DNA from: Candidatus Micrarchaeia archaeon
Lineage (GTDB): Archaea > Micrarchaeota > Micrarchaeia > CABMEP01
DNA length: 64,000 nt
Assembly (NCBI GenBank): GCA_038881595.1
Contig: JAVZPM010000001.1
Span: 32,001-96,000 of the forward strand
Direction: 5' to 3'
Shown: one piece after another, positions 9,235 to 18,220 of the stretch
Layout: each line of letters begins with the position of its first letter
Position numbering within the stretch: the stretch's first letter is position 1
Translations under genes and position numbers: made by a program
Notes under the pieces: model-generated
What the model was told of the DNA's origin: nothing
What the model saw: only the letters and a program-made list of their open reading frames with translations
The model's database searches: none

Positions 9235-12213
9235 ATGACAACAGATAATGAAAGCAAAATATTGGAATTTTGGAATGAGAATAATATTTATAAGAAGGCA
9301 AAGGAAATCAGAAAAAATGGAAAGAAGTTTTATCTATGTGATGGACCACCTTTTGCAACTGGAGGAATACATATAGGTACTGCATGGAATAAGGCATTGA
9401 AGGATGCATTCTGCAGATATAAAATGCTTCAAGGTTATGATGTTTATGTTAGAGCTGGATATGACACACATGGATTGCCAATAGAAACACAAGTTGAAAA
9501 GGAATTAGGTATAAAGGAAAAGAAAGAAATAGAAAATAAGGTGGGGATAGACAAATTCGTTAAGAGATGCAAGGAATTATGCGAGAGATACATAAAACTA
9601 ATGAACGAGCAGTTCATAAGGCTTGGAGTGTGGATGGATTTTGATGATCCGTATATAACATACAAGAATGAATATATTGAAAAGAGTTGGAAGACATTCA
9701 AAACCGCATATGAAAAAGGCCTGCTTTACAATGATCTTAGAGTTAACGCTCACTGTCCACGATGTCAGACAACCATGGCAAACTACGAATTAGAATATCA
9801 TGAAATGGTTGATCCTTCAATATTCGTAAAATTCAAGGTTGTTGGAAAAGAAAACACCTATCTTGTCATATGGACAACCACTCCATGGACTTTGGTAAGT
9901 AATATTGCAGTGATGGCAAATCCTTTGATAAAATATGTAGTTGCAAAGGTAGGGGATGAGGAATGGATTTTTGCAAAGGACAGACTCCAGGCAGTTGAAG
10001 AGGCTGCTGGTGAATCATTCATTATTACACGTGAATTTAGCGGAAAAGAGCTTGTAGATTACAAATATGAACATCCTTTAAAAGAAGAAACTGGAAGAAT
10101 CAATCCACAGCCTGTTGTAATGAGTGATGAATTCGTAACAACTGAAGATGGAAGTGGATTGGTGCATTGTGCTCCTGGACATGGACCTGAAGACTACATA
10201 ATAGGAAAAAGATATGGACTTGAGATTTTCTGTCCAGTTGGATCTGATGGAAAGTATACTGAAGAGGCTGGAATATTTAAAGGAAAGAACGTACTTGAAG
10301 TTAATGACGAGATAATTAAAATTCTAAAAGAAAAAGGAAGCTTAATCCAGGCAGGAAAGATAAGACACAGCTATCCTTGCTGCTGGAGATGCAAGACAAA
10401 ACTCATTCATCTCTCATCAAAGCAGTGGTTCATTAAGATAACAGAAGAAAAAGAAAAAATGTTGTCAGAACTTACAAAGGTTGTCTGGATGCCTGACTTT
10501 GCAGGAAAGTGGATGAGTAATTTCGTAGAGGATGCAAAGGACTGGTGCGTATCCAGACAGAGATACTGGGGAATACCGTTGCCAATATGGAAATGTGAAA
10601 ACCCTGAATGTAACGAGCTCAAGGTGATAGGATCTGCAACTGAGCTCGGACAAAATCTCAAGGATTATCACAGGCCGGAAATAGATAAAATAGAGTTTGA
10701 GTGTCCTAAATGCAAATCAAAAATGAAAAGAGTGCCGGATGTATTAGATGTCTGGTTTGATTCTGGTAATGCAATCTGGGCAGGATTGAGAAATGGAGAA
10801 GAAAATTACTATCCCTCAGATATGATCATAGAAGGAAAGGATCAGATAAGAGGATGGTTCTACTCATTACTGGGTTCAGGAGTGGTTTTAAATAATGAAA
10901 TTCCTTACGAATCACTGATAATGCATGGATATGTGGTTGATGAAAAAGGAAACGCAATGCACAAGTCATTAGGAAACTATGTTCCCTGGGAAGAAGTAAT
11001 ATCAAAATATCCTGCAGATGCAGTAAGGTTGATGGCGCTCAGCAATACAACATGGGATGACCTCAAGTTTAATTGGAATGAAATGAATGAGGCAAAGAAT
11101 GAATTAATGATAATAAACAACATGGCTACATTTATAGAAAGATTTTACAAACCTATAGAGAAAAGGCAAGAAAGCACGATGGTAGAAGATTTATGGTTGG
11201 AATCAAAAACAAATTCTCTGATAAAAGAAGTAACAGAACATATGGAGAAAGGAGAGAGCTTCCTTGCTCTAAGAAAGATAAGGAACTTCCTTATTCAGGA
11301 TGTAAGCAGGTTCTACATGAAACTGATAAAGAAAAGAGAGGACATATCCTGTCTCTACGATTCTTTCTTCAAGGCAATTCTTCTTGCAAGTCCATTCATA
11401 CCATTCACTGCTGAATCCATCTACCAAAGAATATATGCAAAAGACAAGAAAGAAAAAAGTATATTCTTCCATGAATGGCCAAAGGTAGAAGAAAATAAGA
11501 TAGATAAAGAACTTGAAAACCAAATAGAGATAGCTAAAGAGATGGCTGAAATCTGTAATTCAATGAGGGCTTCTGCAAACGTAAAGCTGAGATGGCCTCT
11601 GGAAGAAGCAGTGATAGTAAGCAGGAGCATAGAAACTGCAAATGCAATAAAGAATGTTGACAAAATAATAAGAATGCTTGCAAACCTTAAGCACGTTAAA
11701 ATTGACGATAAAACAAGGTTTGCAATTTCGAATGACATACAAAACGAACTAGACCAAAAAGCAATAGAAAAGATAACTGAGCTGAAATCTAAAGACGAAG
11801 CCGCCTTCCTAAAAGGCATGATTGAGATTGGAGAAAAGAAAATTGATTTCAGCAAGTACATAACAATCGATGGAGCAGAAAAAATGAAGGAATATCAGAT
11901 TAAGCCTTCACCTTACGGAGTTATATTGCTAAAGACAACGGTAGATAAAGAACTAAGAGCTGAAGGAATAATGAGCGAAGTGAGGAGAAGAATCCAATCA
12001 ATGAGGAAAGAAATGAATCTGATTGAAAAAGATAAAATAGAGGTATATATCAAGGGATCGGACGATATGGAAACGCTTATCAAAGAACACAGCACTCAGA
12101 TACTGGGAGAAATCAATGCAAATGAAATCAAAATCGGAACTGGTGGAAAACTGAAAAGGAGCTGGGACATAGAAGACGAAAAAGTAACGATTGGAATAAC
12201 CCAAATTGAATGA
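9235..12213 (+). CDS. ileS: Isoleucine--tRNA ligase
   Basis: DGPPFATG-HIGT, WTTTPWTL, GSGLVHCAP, DWCVSRQRYWG, EGKDQIRGWF; KMSKS variant AMHKS. Confidence 0.97.
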   Translation: MTTDNESKILEFWNENNIYKKAKEIRKNGKKFYLCDGPPFATGGIHIGTAWNKALKDAFCRYKMLQGYDVYVRAGYDTHGLPIETQVEKELGIKEKKEIENKVGIDKFVKRCKELCERYIKLMNEQFIRLGVWMDFDDPYITYKNEYIEKSWKTFKTAYEKGLLYNDLRVNAHCPRCQTTMANYELEYHEMVDPSIFVKFKVVGKENTYLVIWTTTPWTLVSNIAVMANPLIKYVVAKVGDEEWIFAKDRLQAVEEAAGESFIITREFSGKELVDYKYEHPLKEETGRINPQPVVMSDEFVTTEDGSGLVHCAPGHGPEDYIIGKRYGLEIFCPVGSDGKYTEEAGIFKGKNVLEVNDEIIKILKEKGSLIQAGKIRHSYPCCWRCKTKLIHLSSKQWFIKITEEKEKMLSELTKVVWMPDFAGKWMSNFVEDAKDWCVSRQRYWGIPLPIWKCENPECNELKVIGSATELGQNLKDYHRPEIDKIEFECPKCKSKMKRVPDVLDVWFDSGNAIWAGLRNGEENYYPSDMIIEGKDQIRGWFYSLLGSGVVLNNEIPYESLIMHGYVVDEKGNAMHKSLGNYVPWEEVISKYPADAVRLMALSNTTWDDLKFNWNEMNEAKNELMIINNMATFIERFYKPIEKRQESTMVEDLWLESKTNSLIKEVTEHMEKGESFLALRKIRNFLIQDVSRFYMKLIKKREDISCLYDSFFKAILLASPFIPFTAESIYQRIYAKDKKEKSIFFHEWPKVEENKIDKELENQIEIAKEMAEICNSMRASANVKLRWPLEEAVIVSRSIETANAIKNVDKIIRMLANLKHVKIDDKTRFAISNDIQNELDQKAIEKITELKSKDEAAFLKGMIEIGEKKIDFSKYITIDGAEKMKEYQIKPSPYGVILLKTTVDKELRAEGIMSEVRRRIQSMRKEMNLIEKDKIEVYIKGSDDMETLIKEHSTQILGEINANEIKIGTGGKLKRSWDIEDEKVTIGITQIE

Positions 12214-12282
12214 AGATGCACGTGAATGGTGCTGTGAAATGAAGTAAAATAATTTTCATTACTTTTTTTATTATGTGATTCA

Positions 12283-13158
12283 ATGAAGATAGGTTATCCA
12301 TGCATAAACAACAGTATTGGTTGTACTGCTAATTCCACATTTAGGCTTGCAAATTATTCAGAAGAAAACATGAAGGAAAAGATATCCAACAATCTTTCCT
12401 GCCTTAAAAAAATACTGGAATATAATGTAAAAAATGAATTGCTTTTTTTCAGAATAAGTTCAGATATTGTGCCGTTTGCTAGCCACCCGATATGTAAATT
12501 TGATTGGCAGAAATATTTTTCAAAAGAATTTAAAGCGATTGGAAAATATATCAAAGAAAAAAACATTAGAATATCAATGCATCCTGATCAATTTGTCTTG
12601 ATAAATGCAAAGGACAAAAGAATAATAGAAAGCAGCATTAGAGAATTGAATTATCATTGTGATGTACTTGACCTAATGGGGCTTGATAGTACTGCAAAAG
12701 TGCAAATACATGTCGGAGGCGTATATGGAAATAAGGAAGAATCTATTCAAAGATTCATTGAAAACTACAAAAAATTACCGAATAAAATAAAGAAAAGGCT
12801 TGTTATAGAGAACGATGAAAGAAATTATTCTTTAAAGGATTGCGTTGCTATATATCAAGAGACAGGAATTCCTGTTCTTTTTGACTCTTTCCACCATCTC
12901 TGTTTTAACAACGGTGAAACAAGAAGAAAAGGTGTAGAAATTGCAATGGAAACTTGGAAGGAAAAAGATGGAATATTAATGACAGATTATAGTTCACAAG
13001 AAAAAAATGCAAAGATAGGAACTCACGCTAGGCACATAGATATAAATGACTTTAAAAGATATATAGAAGAAACAAAAAACTTAGATTTTGATATAATGTT
13101 AGAAATAAAAGATAAAGAAAAAAGTGCGCTAAAAGCAAAAAAATTGATCTATTATTAA
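12283..13158 (+). CDS. uvsE: UV damage endonuclease
   Basis: FFRISSD, RISMHPDQF, HVGG, IENDE, FDSFHH and DIMLEIKDKE motifs. Confidence 0.93.
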   Translation: MKIGYPCINNSIGCTANSTFRLANYSEENMKEKISNNLSCLKKILEYNVKNELLFFRISSDIVPFASHPICKFDWQKYFSKEFKAIGKYIKEKNIRISMHPDQFVLINAKDKRIIESSIRELNYHCDVLDLMGLDSTAKVQIHVGGVYGNKEESIQRFIENYKKLPNKIKKRLVIENDERNYSLKDCVAIYQETGIPVLFDSFHHLCFNNGETRRKGVEIAMETWKEKDGILMTDYSSQEKNAKIGTHARHIDINDFKRYIEETKNLDFDIMLEIKDKEKSALKAKKLIYY

Positions 13159-13165
13159 TTAATTC

Positions 13166-13345
13166 TTACATTGACTTGAATTTGCTTCTCTTTTCCATAT
13201 CTCCCCAGCAATCCTTGCAGATCACTACGTGCTTATTCTTCTGTGGTCTTTTCGAGGACTTTGTGCAATCCTGGCATATCTTTCTTCCACAGAATGGATC
13301 TAATTCAGCATAGTGTACTTCTTTTTTGCATCTTTCACAAAGCAT
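13166..13345 (-). CDS. Small zinc-finger-like protein, 59 aa (not in ORF track)
   Basis: MLCERCKKEVHYAELDPFCGRKICQDCTKSSKRPQKNKHVVICKDCWGDMEKRSKFKSM; three CxxC pairs; GGTGA SD upstream. Confidence 0.8.
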   Translation of the reverse strand: MLCERCKKEVHYAELDPFCGRKICQDCTKSSKRPQKNKHVVICKDCWGDMEKRSKFKSM

Positions 13346-13556
13346 TTAATCACCATTAATCGAGCATATCCATCTTTACGTTTATATTAGATAAAAAGAT
13401 AAGAATATATAGTAAGATGAAATTATAAAACCTTTGTTTTGATGGTTTTAATCGCAATTAAATCTTAAAGACCCATCATTTTTATATTTTGTGTATCATA
13501 TAACTATCACTATAATAGACTCTGTTTTCTCCTATCAAGAAACTAAGGCGACCATT

Positions 13557-14246
13557 ATGAAAGAAATCTCAAAGATAGCTAAGTCATTCACATGCGAATG
13601 CGGAACAGTCAATAAGTTTGAATTCGAAACAGATTTCGATGTCCATGATATAAGAATGGCGGTAAAGTGCCAAGCGTGCGGAAGGGAAAGAACAATAGAG
13701 TTGATGAATTTCTTCAGAAAACATCCAACATTCATACAGCCAATAATTCAATCTGAATATCCAAACCAAAATGTTGATGTTGTTGATCCCGTAGCACAGC
13801 AAAATCAATTTCTAGCAAACATAGCCCAAAATCAACAAGATAATCAGGCTCAGTCAATTTCCAATGATGCATTTTCTGAAGCAATGCCATTGGGTATTCT
13901 GCAGGAAAACCAATCTAATAATCAATCCAGTCCAATGAATATGTTCGATTCTGATAGTGCAGCGGATATATTGGGCAACAAACCTAGCGATCCTTCAATT
14001 AAGCAGGTTGATGCTCAAGAAAAACCAGCTCAAAGCATATACGCTGGGCTTTTGGACCTAAATTTGATTAAAGAAGATGATGGAATATATGAACCATTTA
14101 AAAAGGAAGAACCCAATTATGGAAATGAGATCCCTAGTAATGGAATAATAATTGATAATCAAGAAAATGTAGTTGGAAAATATAGAGAAAAAAGTAAAGA
14201 AAAAGACGACGAAGAAACATTCTCTGCCTTGTTTGGTAACCTTTAA
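13557..14246 (+). CDS. Hypothetical protein: N-terminal Zn ribbon plus Q/N-rich disordered region
   Basis: CECG...CQACG; low-complexity middle; acidic C-terminal tail DDEETFSALFGNL. Confidence 0.75.
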   Translation: MKEISKIAKSFTCECGTVNKFEFETDFDVHDIRMAVKCQACGRERTIELMNFFRKHPTFIQPIIQSEYPNQNVDVVDPVAQQNQFLANIAQNQQDNQAQSISNDAFSEAMPLGILQENQSNNQSSPMNMFDSDSAADILGNKPSDPSIKQVDAQEKPAQSIYAGLLDLNLIKEDDGIYEPFKKEEPNYGNEIPSNGIIIDNQENVVGKYREKSKEKDDEETFSALFGNL

Positions 14247-14252
14247 ACAATA

Positions 14253-14400
14253 TCACTCTGAAGAAATCCTCTAAATTATTATTAATGTAAATTATTGATG
14301 ATCATGCCGATAGGCAAAGTTATATGCCAGAATATGCAAGAGGCAGGATGAATTATATATTAATTTCCATTTAGTAAAGAACATAGGATTTCTACAAGCC
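14253..14400. mobile_element. Miniature IS5-like relic (MITE-like)
   Basis: Imperfect TIRs ctctgaagaaatcct / aggatttctacaagcc; CAATA direct repeats at 14248-14252 and 14401-14405; TIR shared with the 52550-52729 element. Confidence 0.6.
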
Positions 14401-14589
14401 CAATAAAGTAACATTTAAATATAAATAAACTATATTATTATAATATAAAGAAAAACCATATTATATGATAATAAAGAACTTAAATCGAGTAATCATTAGA
14501 AACCAATACAAGGCTTGTTTTAAGATGATGTATAGATATTACAAATATTAATTGATTCTTACTTATTAATTAATAAGGAGGTGAAAGCT

Positions 14590-14802
14590 ATGTCCAACAT
14601 AAATAAAAAACAACCTACAAAATGTCCATACTTTAGTAATAAATTAATAATAAATACTTTAGGACTTAAAAGAAATGGGAAAGTTATAAATGAATTTTAC
14701 TATAAGTGTACATTAACTGAAGATATTATGTGTGAGAGAAGTACAAATTTATTGTTTCCTTTACTAGGAAGTAAAAGAATTTGCATTATAAAAGAAAGAT
14801 AA
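14590..14802 (+). CDS. Small hypothetical protein, 70 aa, 4 Cys
   Basis: Strong AGGAGGTGA SD before the ATG at 14590. Confidence 0.55.
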   Translation: MSNINKKQPTKCPYFSNKLIINTLGLKRNGKVINEFYYKCTLTEDIMCERSTNLLFPLLGSKRICIIKER

Positions 14803-15120
14803 TAGATCTTTAAAATTAAATAACCATTCTTTTCTATATTTTTTCTAATTTTAAACCTTACTGAATATTGATATGAATGAATCTGCAATTCTCTCTAATA
14901 TACAAGAGAGATTCCCATCTTCTGGCTTCTTTATTTTTTTACTAAGTTCTTGTTTACCATTATAGCTGTGTATCGTTCATCTGATGTAAACTTTCGTATT
15001 TGAGAATCTCTAATTTTTACTGATTTAAATCATTCAATTGACTAATCGTTTAATTAAAAAGTTAACAAGAATATTGTATAATTTTATCTATCTATTTAGT
15101 CTCCTATTTTTATTCTTAGT

Positions 15121-16358
15121 TCTCACATCCATCATTGTATGATTTTAGACGAAGCGTATTGTTATTTGCTTAATTTGAATAATTTCGAGTTCACATCCAT
15201 CATTGTATGATTTTAGACATTCTGAATAACTTCTATCATCTTTTCTTTAAGCGCGTTCACATCCATCATTGTATGATTTTAGACAATTTTAATCATTATC
15301 AATCAGGTCAATATTCTAGTTGTTCACATCCATCATTGTATGATTTTAGACTATGTGATCTGCTCGCTTAACGGCTTTCCTTCTGCGGGTTCACATCCAT
15401 CATTGTATGATTTTAGACGCACTCTCTCTAAAGAGCAGAAGTTTGCAGGTGATGGTTCACATCCATCATTGTATGATTTTAGACGATCCATTTCTCCACT
15501 CAAATCCATTCGCCTCGCCTGATCGTTCACATCCATCATTGTATGATTTTAGACTTGACGCCTTAGGATATTCATTGTGTCGACCTCTGTTGTTCACATC
15601 CATCATTGTATGATTTTAGACTTGCTGTATTTCTTCTAAATAAGACATTTTACAAGCGTTCACATCCATCATTGTATGATTTTAGACTTTTATTCCACAT
15701 CCTCATTTGACCGCCCTCTCTAAAAAGTTCACATCCATCATTGTATGATTTTAGACCCATCCGTCTTTAAGATTAAACACTTTCTCATTCCTGTTCACAT
15801 CCATCATTGTATGATTTTAGACAACTGACGTTATCTTTTCTGCTATCAGATATAAAGTGTTCACATCCATCATTGTATGATTTTAGACTCTCTCATAACT
15901 GATGGGTAAAGACTATTAAAATCGGTTCACATCCATCATTGTATGATTTTAGACAAGCATTAGGACTTAACTCTTCCCACATGTTATCAAGTTCACATCC
16001 ATCATTGTATGATTTTAGACGAACCTCAGAAAAACGAAAACCACTGCAAAGGATAGTCTTGTTCACATCCATCATTGTATGATTTTAGACAATTGAGTTT
16101 GAGGGATTGATTGCGCAACTTGAGTAGTTCACATCCATCATTGTATGATTTTAGACCCGGTTGCATCACCTGTATTATCAGTGTTCCAATCATTCTGTTC
16201 ACATCCATCATTGTATGATTTTAGACGTTTCCTTGTATAGAAGATATTTGTGAGTTGATTGGGTTCACATCCATCATTGTATGATTTTAGACATGAGATT
16301 TCTGTGCTTAAAAAGCTTAAATTAGCTCGTTCACATCCATCATTGTATGATTTTAGAC
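15121..16358 (-). CRISPR. CRISPR array, 19 repeats / 18 spacers (36-40 nt)
   Basis: 30-bp repeat GTTCACATCCATCATTGTATGATTTTAGAC on + (GTCTAAAATCATACAATGATGGATGTGAAC on -); degenerate terminal repeat at 15121; AT-rich leader on the cas2 side indicates minus-strand transcription. Confidence 0.99.
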
Positions 16359-16463
16359 CTGAAACTACATCGAATAAGAATTTTAATTAATTATTATAAT
16401 TTTAATACAAATTAACTTTTTTTAAAGTATTTAAAAAGGTTTGTAACACTGTCTATACTAGAT
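16359..16463 (-). promoter_or_regulatory. CRISPR leader
   Basis: Very AT-rich non-coding stretch between cas2 and the first intact repeat, with a TTTTTAAA TATA-like box on the minus strand. Confidence 0.75.
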
Positions 16464-16727
16464 TTAAATAATATTAGATCTTTCTATATTTCTGCCAAAA
16501 ACTAAATTTCTAATATTCGAGTATATTGGAACAATGAAAACCACTACTGAATCGTTTCCCTCATAATCGAAATCCTTTAGAAATAATTCAATTTCTTTCA
16601 ATTGTGAAGGATTTAAATTTCCATGGAAAACTGAAAATTGAATGTGATTTAGAAATCTCCTCAAAAAATTTCTTATTTTAAGTTGCTTTTTTACTTCGGT
16701 TATATCATAAACAACAATTACATACAT
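16464..16727 (-). CDS. cas2: CRISPR-associated endonuclease Cas2
   Basis: MYVIVVYDI...LNHIQFSVF; 87 aa. Confidence 0.96.
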   Translation of the reverse strand: MYVIVVYDITEVKKQLKIRNFLRRFLNHIQFSVFHGNLNPSQLKEIELFLKDFDYEGNDSVVVFIVPIYSNIRNLVFGRNIERSNII

Positions 16728-16728
16728 T

Positions 16729-17685
16729 TTACCACCAGGCCTTCAAAGGTTTATATTCAGAAATGTCTAAAAGGTCTTTCTCTATCTTATATAGCTCTAG
16801 TCTAATTAATTCACGTATTGAAAATAATCTATTGCTTTTACCTTTAACCGATTTCTTAATTTCATCATCGAATTCCTTAATTATTTTTTTAATACCGATT
16901 TTGCTTAAAAATACACCATCATTCGACTCGAAATCTAAAATAGGATCTAACATTTTCAAGTTAACCATCTTTATTAGAAGTCTTTCTGAAAGTAAAGGTT
17001 TGAATATTTCACTCACATCTAACGATAGTGAAAAACGCCTTTCAAAAGGTTCATGTAAAAAAGATATAGCTGGATTTAGATGTGTATGATATACTTCAGA
17101 TAAAACTGTTGAATAGACTATAGAATTAAGAAAACTTATGATTGCATTTCCTCTATTTGAAGGTGGGTTTATTTCTCTTCTGGTTATTTTAAATGAATCA
17201 TCTAGTCTTTCATCAATTAATGAGTAAAACTTCTTTCTTACTAATCCTTCTTTTTGCATTAATGATTCTATAGTATCTGAAGACGATATATCTGGTTTAT
17301 TTATTTCACCTAAATTAAATCTCCTACAAATCCAATCAATATTATTAATAGCACCTTCCACAAATTTAGAAGCAAACTTTAATCTACTTTTGTCATCAAG
17401 ATATCTTTTAACCTGTCTTACTACTAGATCACCAGAGATATAATGTTCTTTTGGGTAGAAAGAACCAATATAATCTCCTCTTTTTCCAAAGAAATTAACT
17501 ATTATTTTCCTTTTTTGAAATTCTTTTAGAACTTTTGTAGAAATAGAACCTGAACCAATAAAATAAAGAGAGTATATATTTTCAATTGGTATATCAACTT
17601 TTCTTTCTTTATTAATAAAATAAACTGTTGTATTTTTCATCAAAATTTTCCCATCATCAACAATGTAATAATTATCCAAACTCAT
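16729..17685 (-). CDS. cas1: CRISPR-associated endonuclease Cas1 (I-B type)
   Basis: NPPSNRGNAIISFLN, ISFLHEP, FSLSLDVSEIFKP, C-terminal KAWW; start at MSLDNYY after a GGGGTGA SD. Confidence 0.96.
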   Translation of the reverse strand: MSLDNYYIVDDGKILMKNTTVYFINKERKVDIPIENIYSLYFIGSGSISTKVLKEFQKRKIIVNFFGKRGDYIGSFYPKEHYISGDLVVRQVKRYLDDKSRLKFASKFVEGAINNIDWICRRFNLGEINKPDISSSDTIESLMQKEGLVRKKFYSLIDERLDDSFKITRREINPPSNRGNAIISFLNSIVYSTVLSEVYHTHLNPAISFLHEPFERRFSLSLDVSEIFKPLLSERLLIKMVNLKMLDPILDFESNDGVFLSKIGIKKIIKEFDDEIKKSVKGKSNRLFSIRELIRLELYKIEKDLLDISEYKPLKAWW

Positions 17686-18220
17686 AAGCGTCACCCCAAC
17701 AGAATAATCTATAACCGCACTTTTTGCAAGTAGGTATTTTGACTGGTTTTGGTGGAAACTTAGACTTTTTAATTTGGTGGATTTCATTTATAGTCGAATC
17801 TATATCATTAAAGTCTTCACTTGAAAGAGAAACAAAAATACGTTTTCCTGGTGAGATCAAGATACCTTGAACTTCTGTATCTGTTTGCTTCTTTAAGGAA
17901 TAAAGATAAAATTTTAATTGTTTTATGTGTGAATCTTTAATAGCGCTTTTTTTATATTCGTATATCACATATCTATTATTTAACTTGACTACATCAAATT
18001 TAGACCTAAATAGAGGCCTTTCTTTCCTCTCTGATTTATACTTGATTTCATGAACTAATCTCCCAATCTTTACATTTTCATCTTCATCTGACTTTATTAA
18101 TGAGTGAGAAAGATACCATAGTTGTGTTTTACAAACGAAAAAATAATTAAATTCAGTTCCACTTACATCATCGTATTTAATTTCACCTTTCATCATACTA
18201 TCATTTATCAGAATTTTCAT
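17672..18220 (-). CDS. cas4: CRISPR-associated exonuclease Cas4
   Basis: NYFFVC..QLW, GRLVH, D...EYKKS, QL..Y and CKKCGYRLFC Fe-S cysteines. Confidence 0.95.
   Translation of the reverse strand: MKILINDSMMKGEIKYDDVSGTEFNYFFVCKTQLWYLSHSLIKSDEDENVKIGRLVHEIKYKSERKERPLFRSKFDVVKLNNRYVIYEYKKSAIKDSHIKQLKFYLYSLKKQTDTEVQGILISPGKRIFVSLSSEDFNDIDSTINEIHQIKKSKFPPKPVKIPTCKKCGYRLFCWGDAYEFG

Noticed and set aside
13440..13495. Degenerate CRISPR repeat or CreA-like mini-array near ccatcatt
   Set aside because: Weak match of a single copy in an AT-rich divergent promoter region; there is also no intergenic space between cas6 and cas8 for a CreTA module.
15219..15254. Self-targeting spacer (attctgaataa also occurs in cas3 near 18341)
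   Set aside because: Only about 11 nt match in AT-rich DNA, which is expected by chance; no full spacer match was seen by eye in the window.
15340..16211. Short ORFs within the CRISPR array
   Set aside because: They are translations of repeats and spacers (recurring LKSYNDGCE / SHPSLYDFR).
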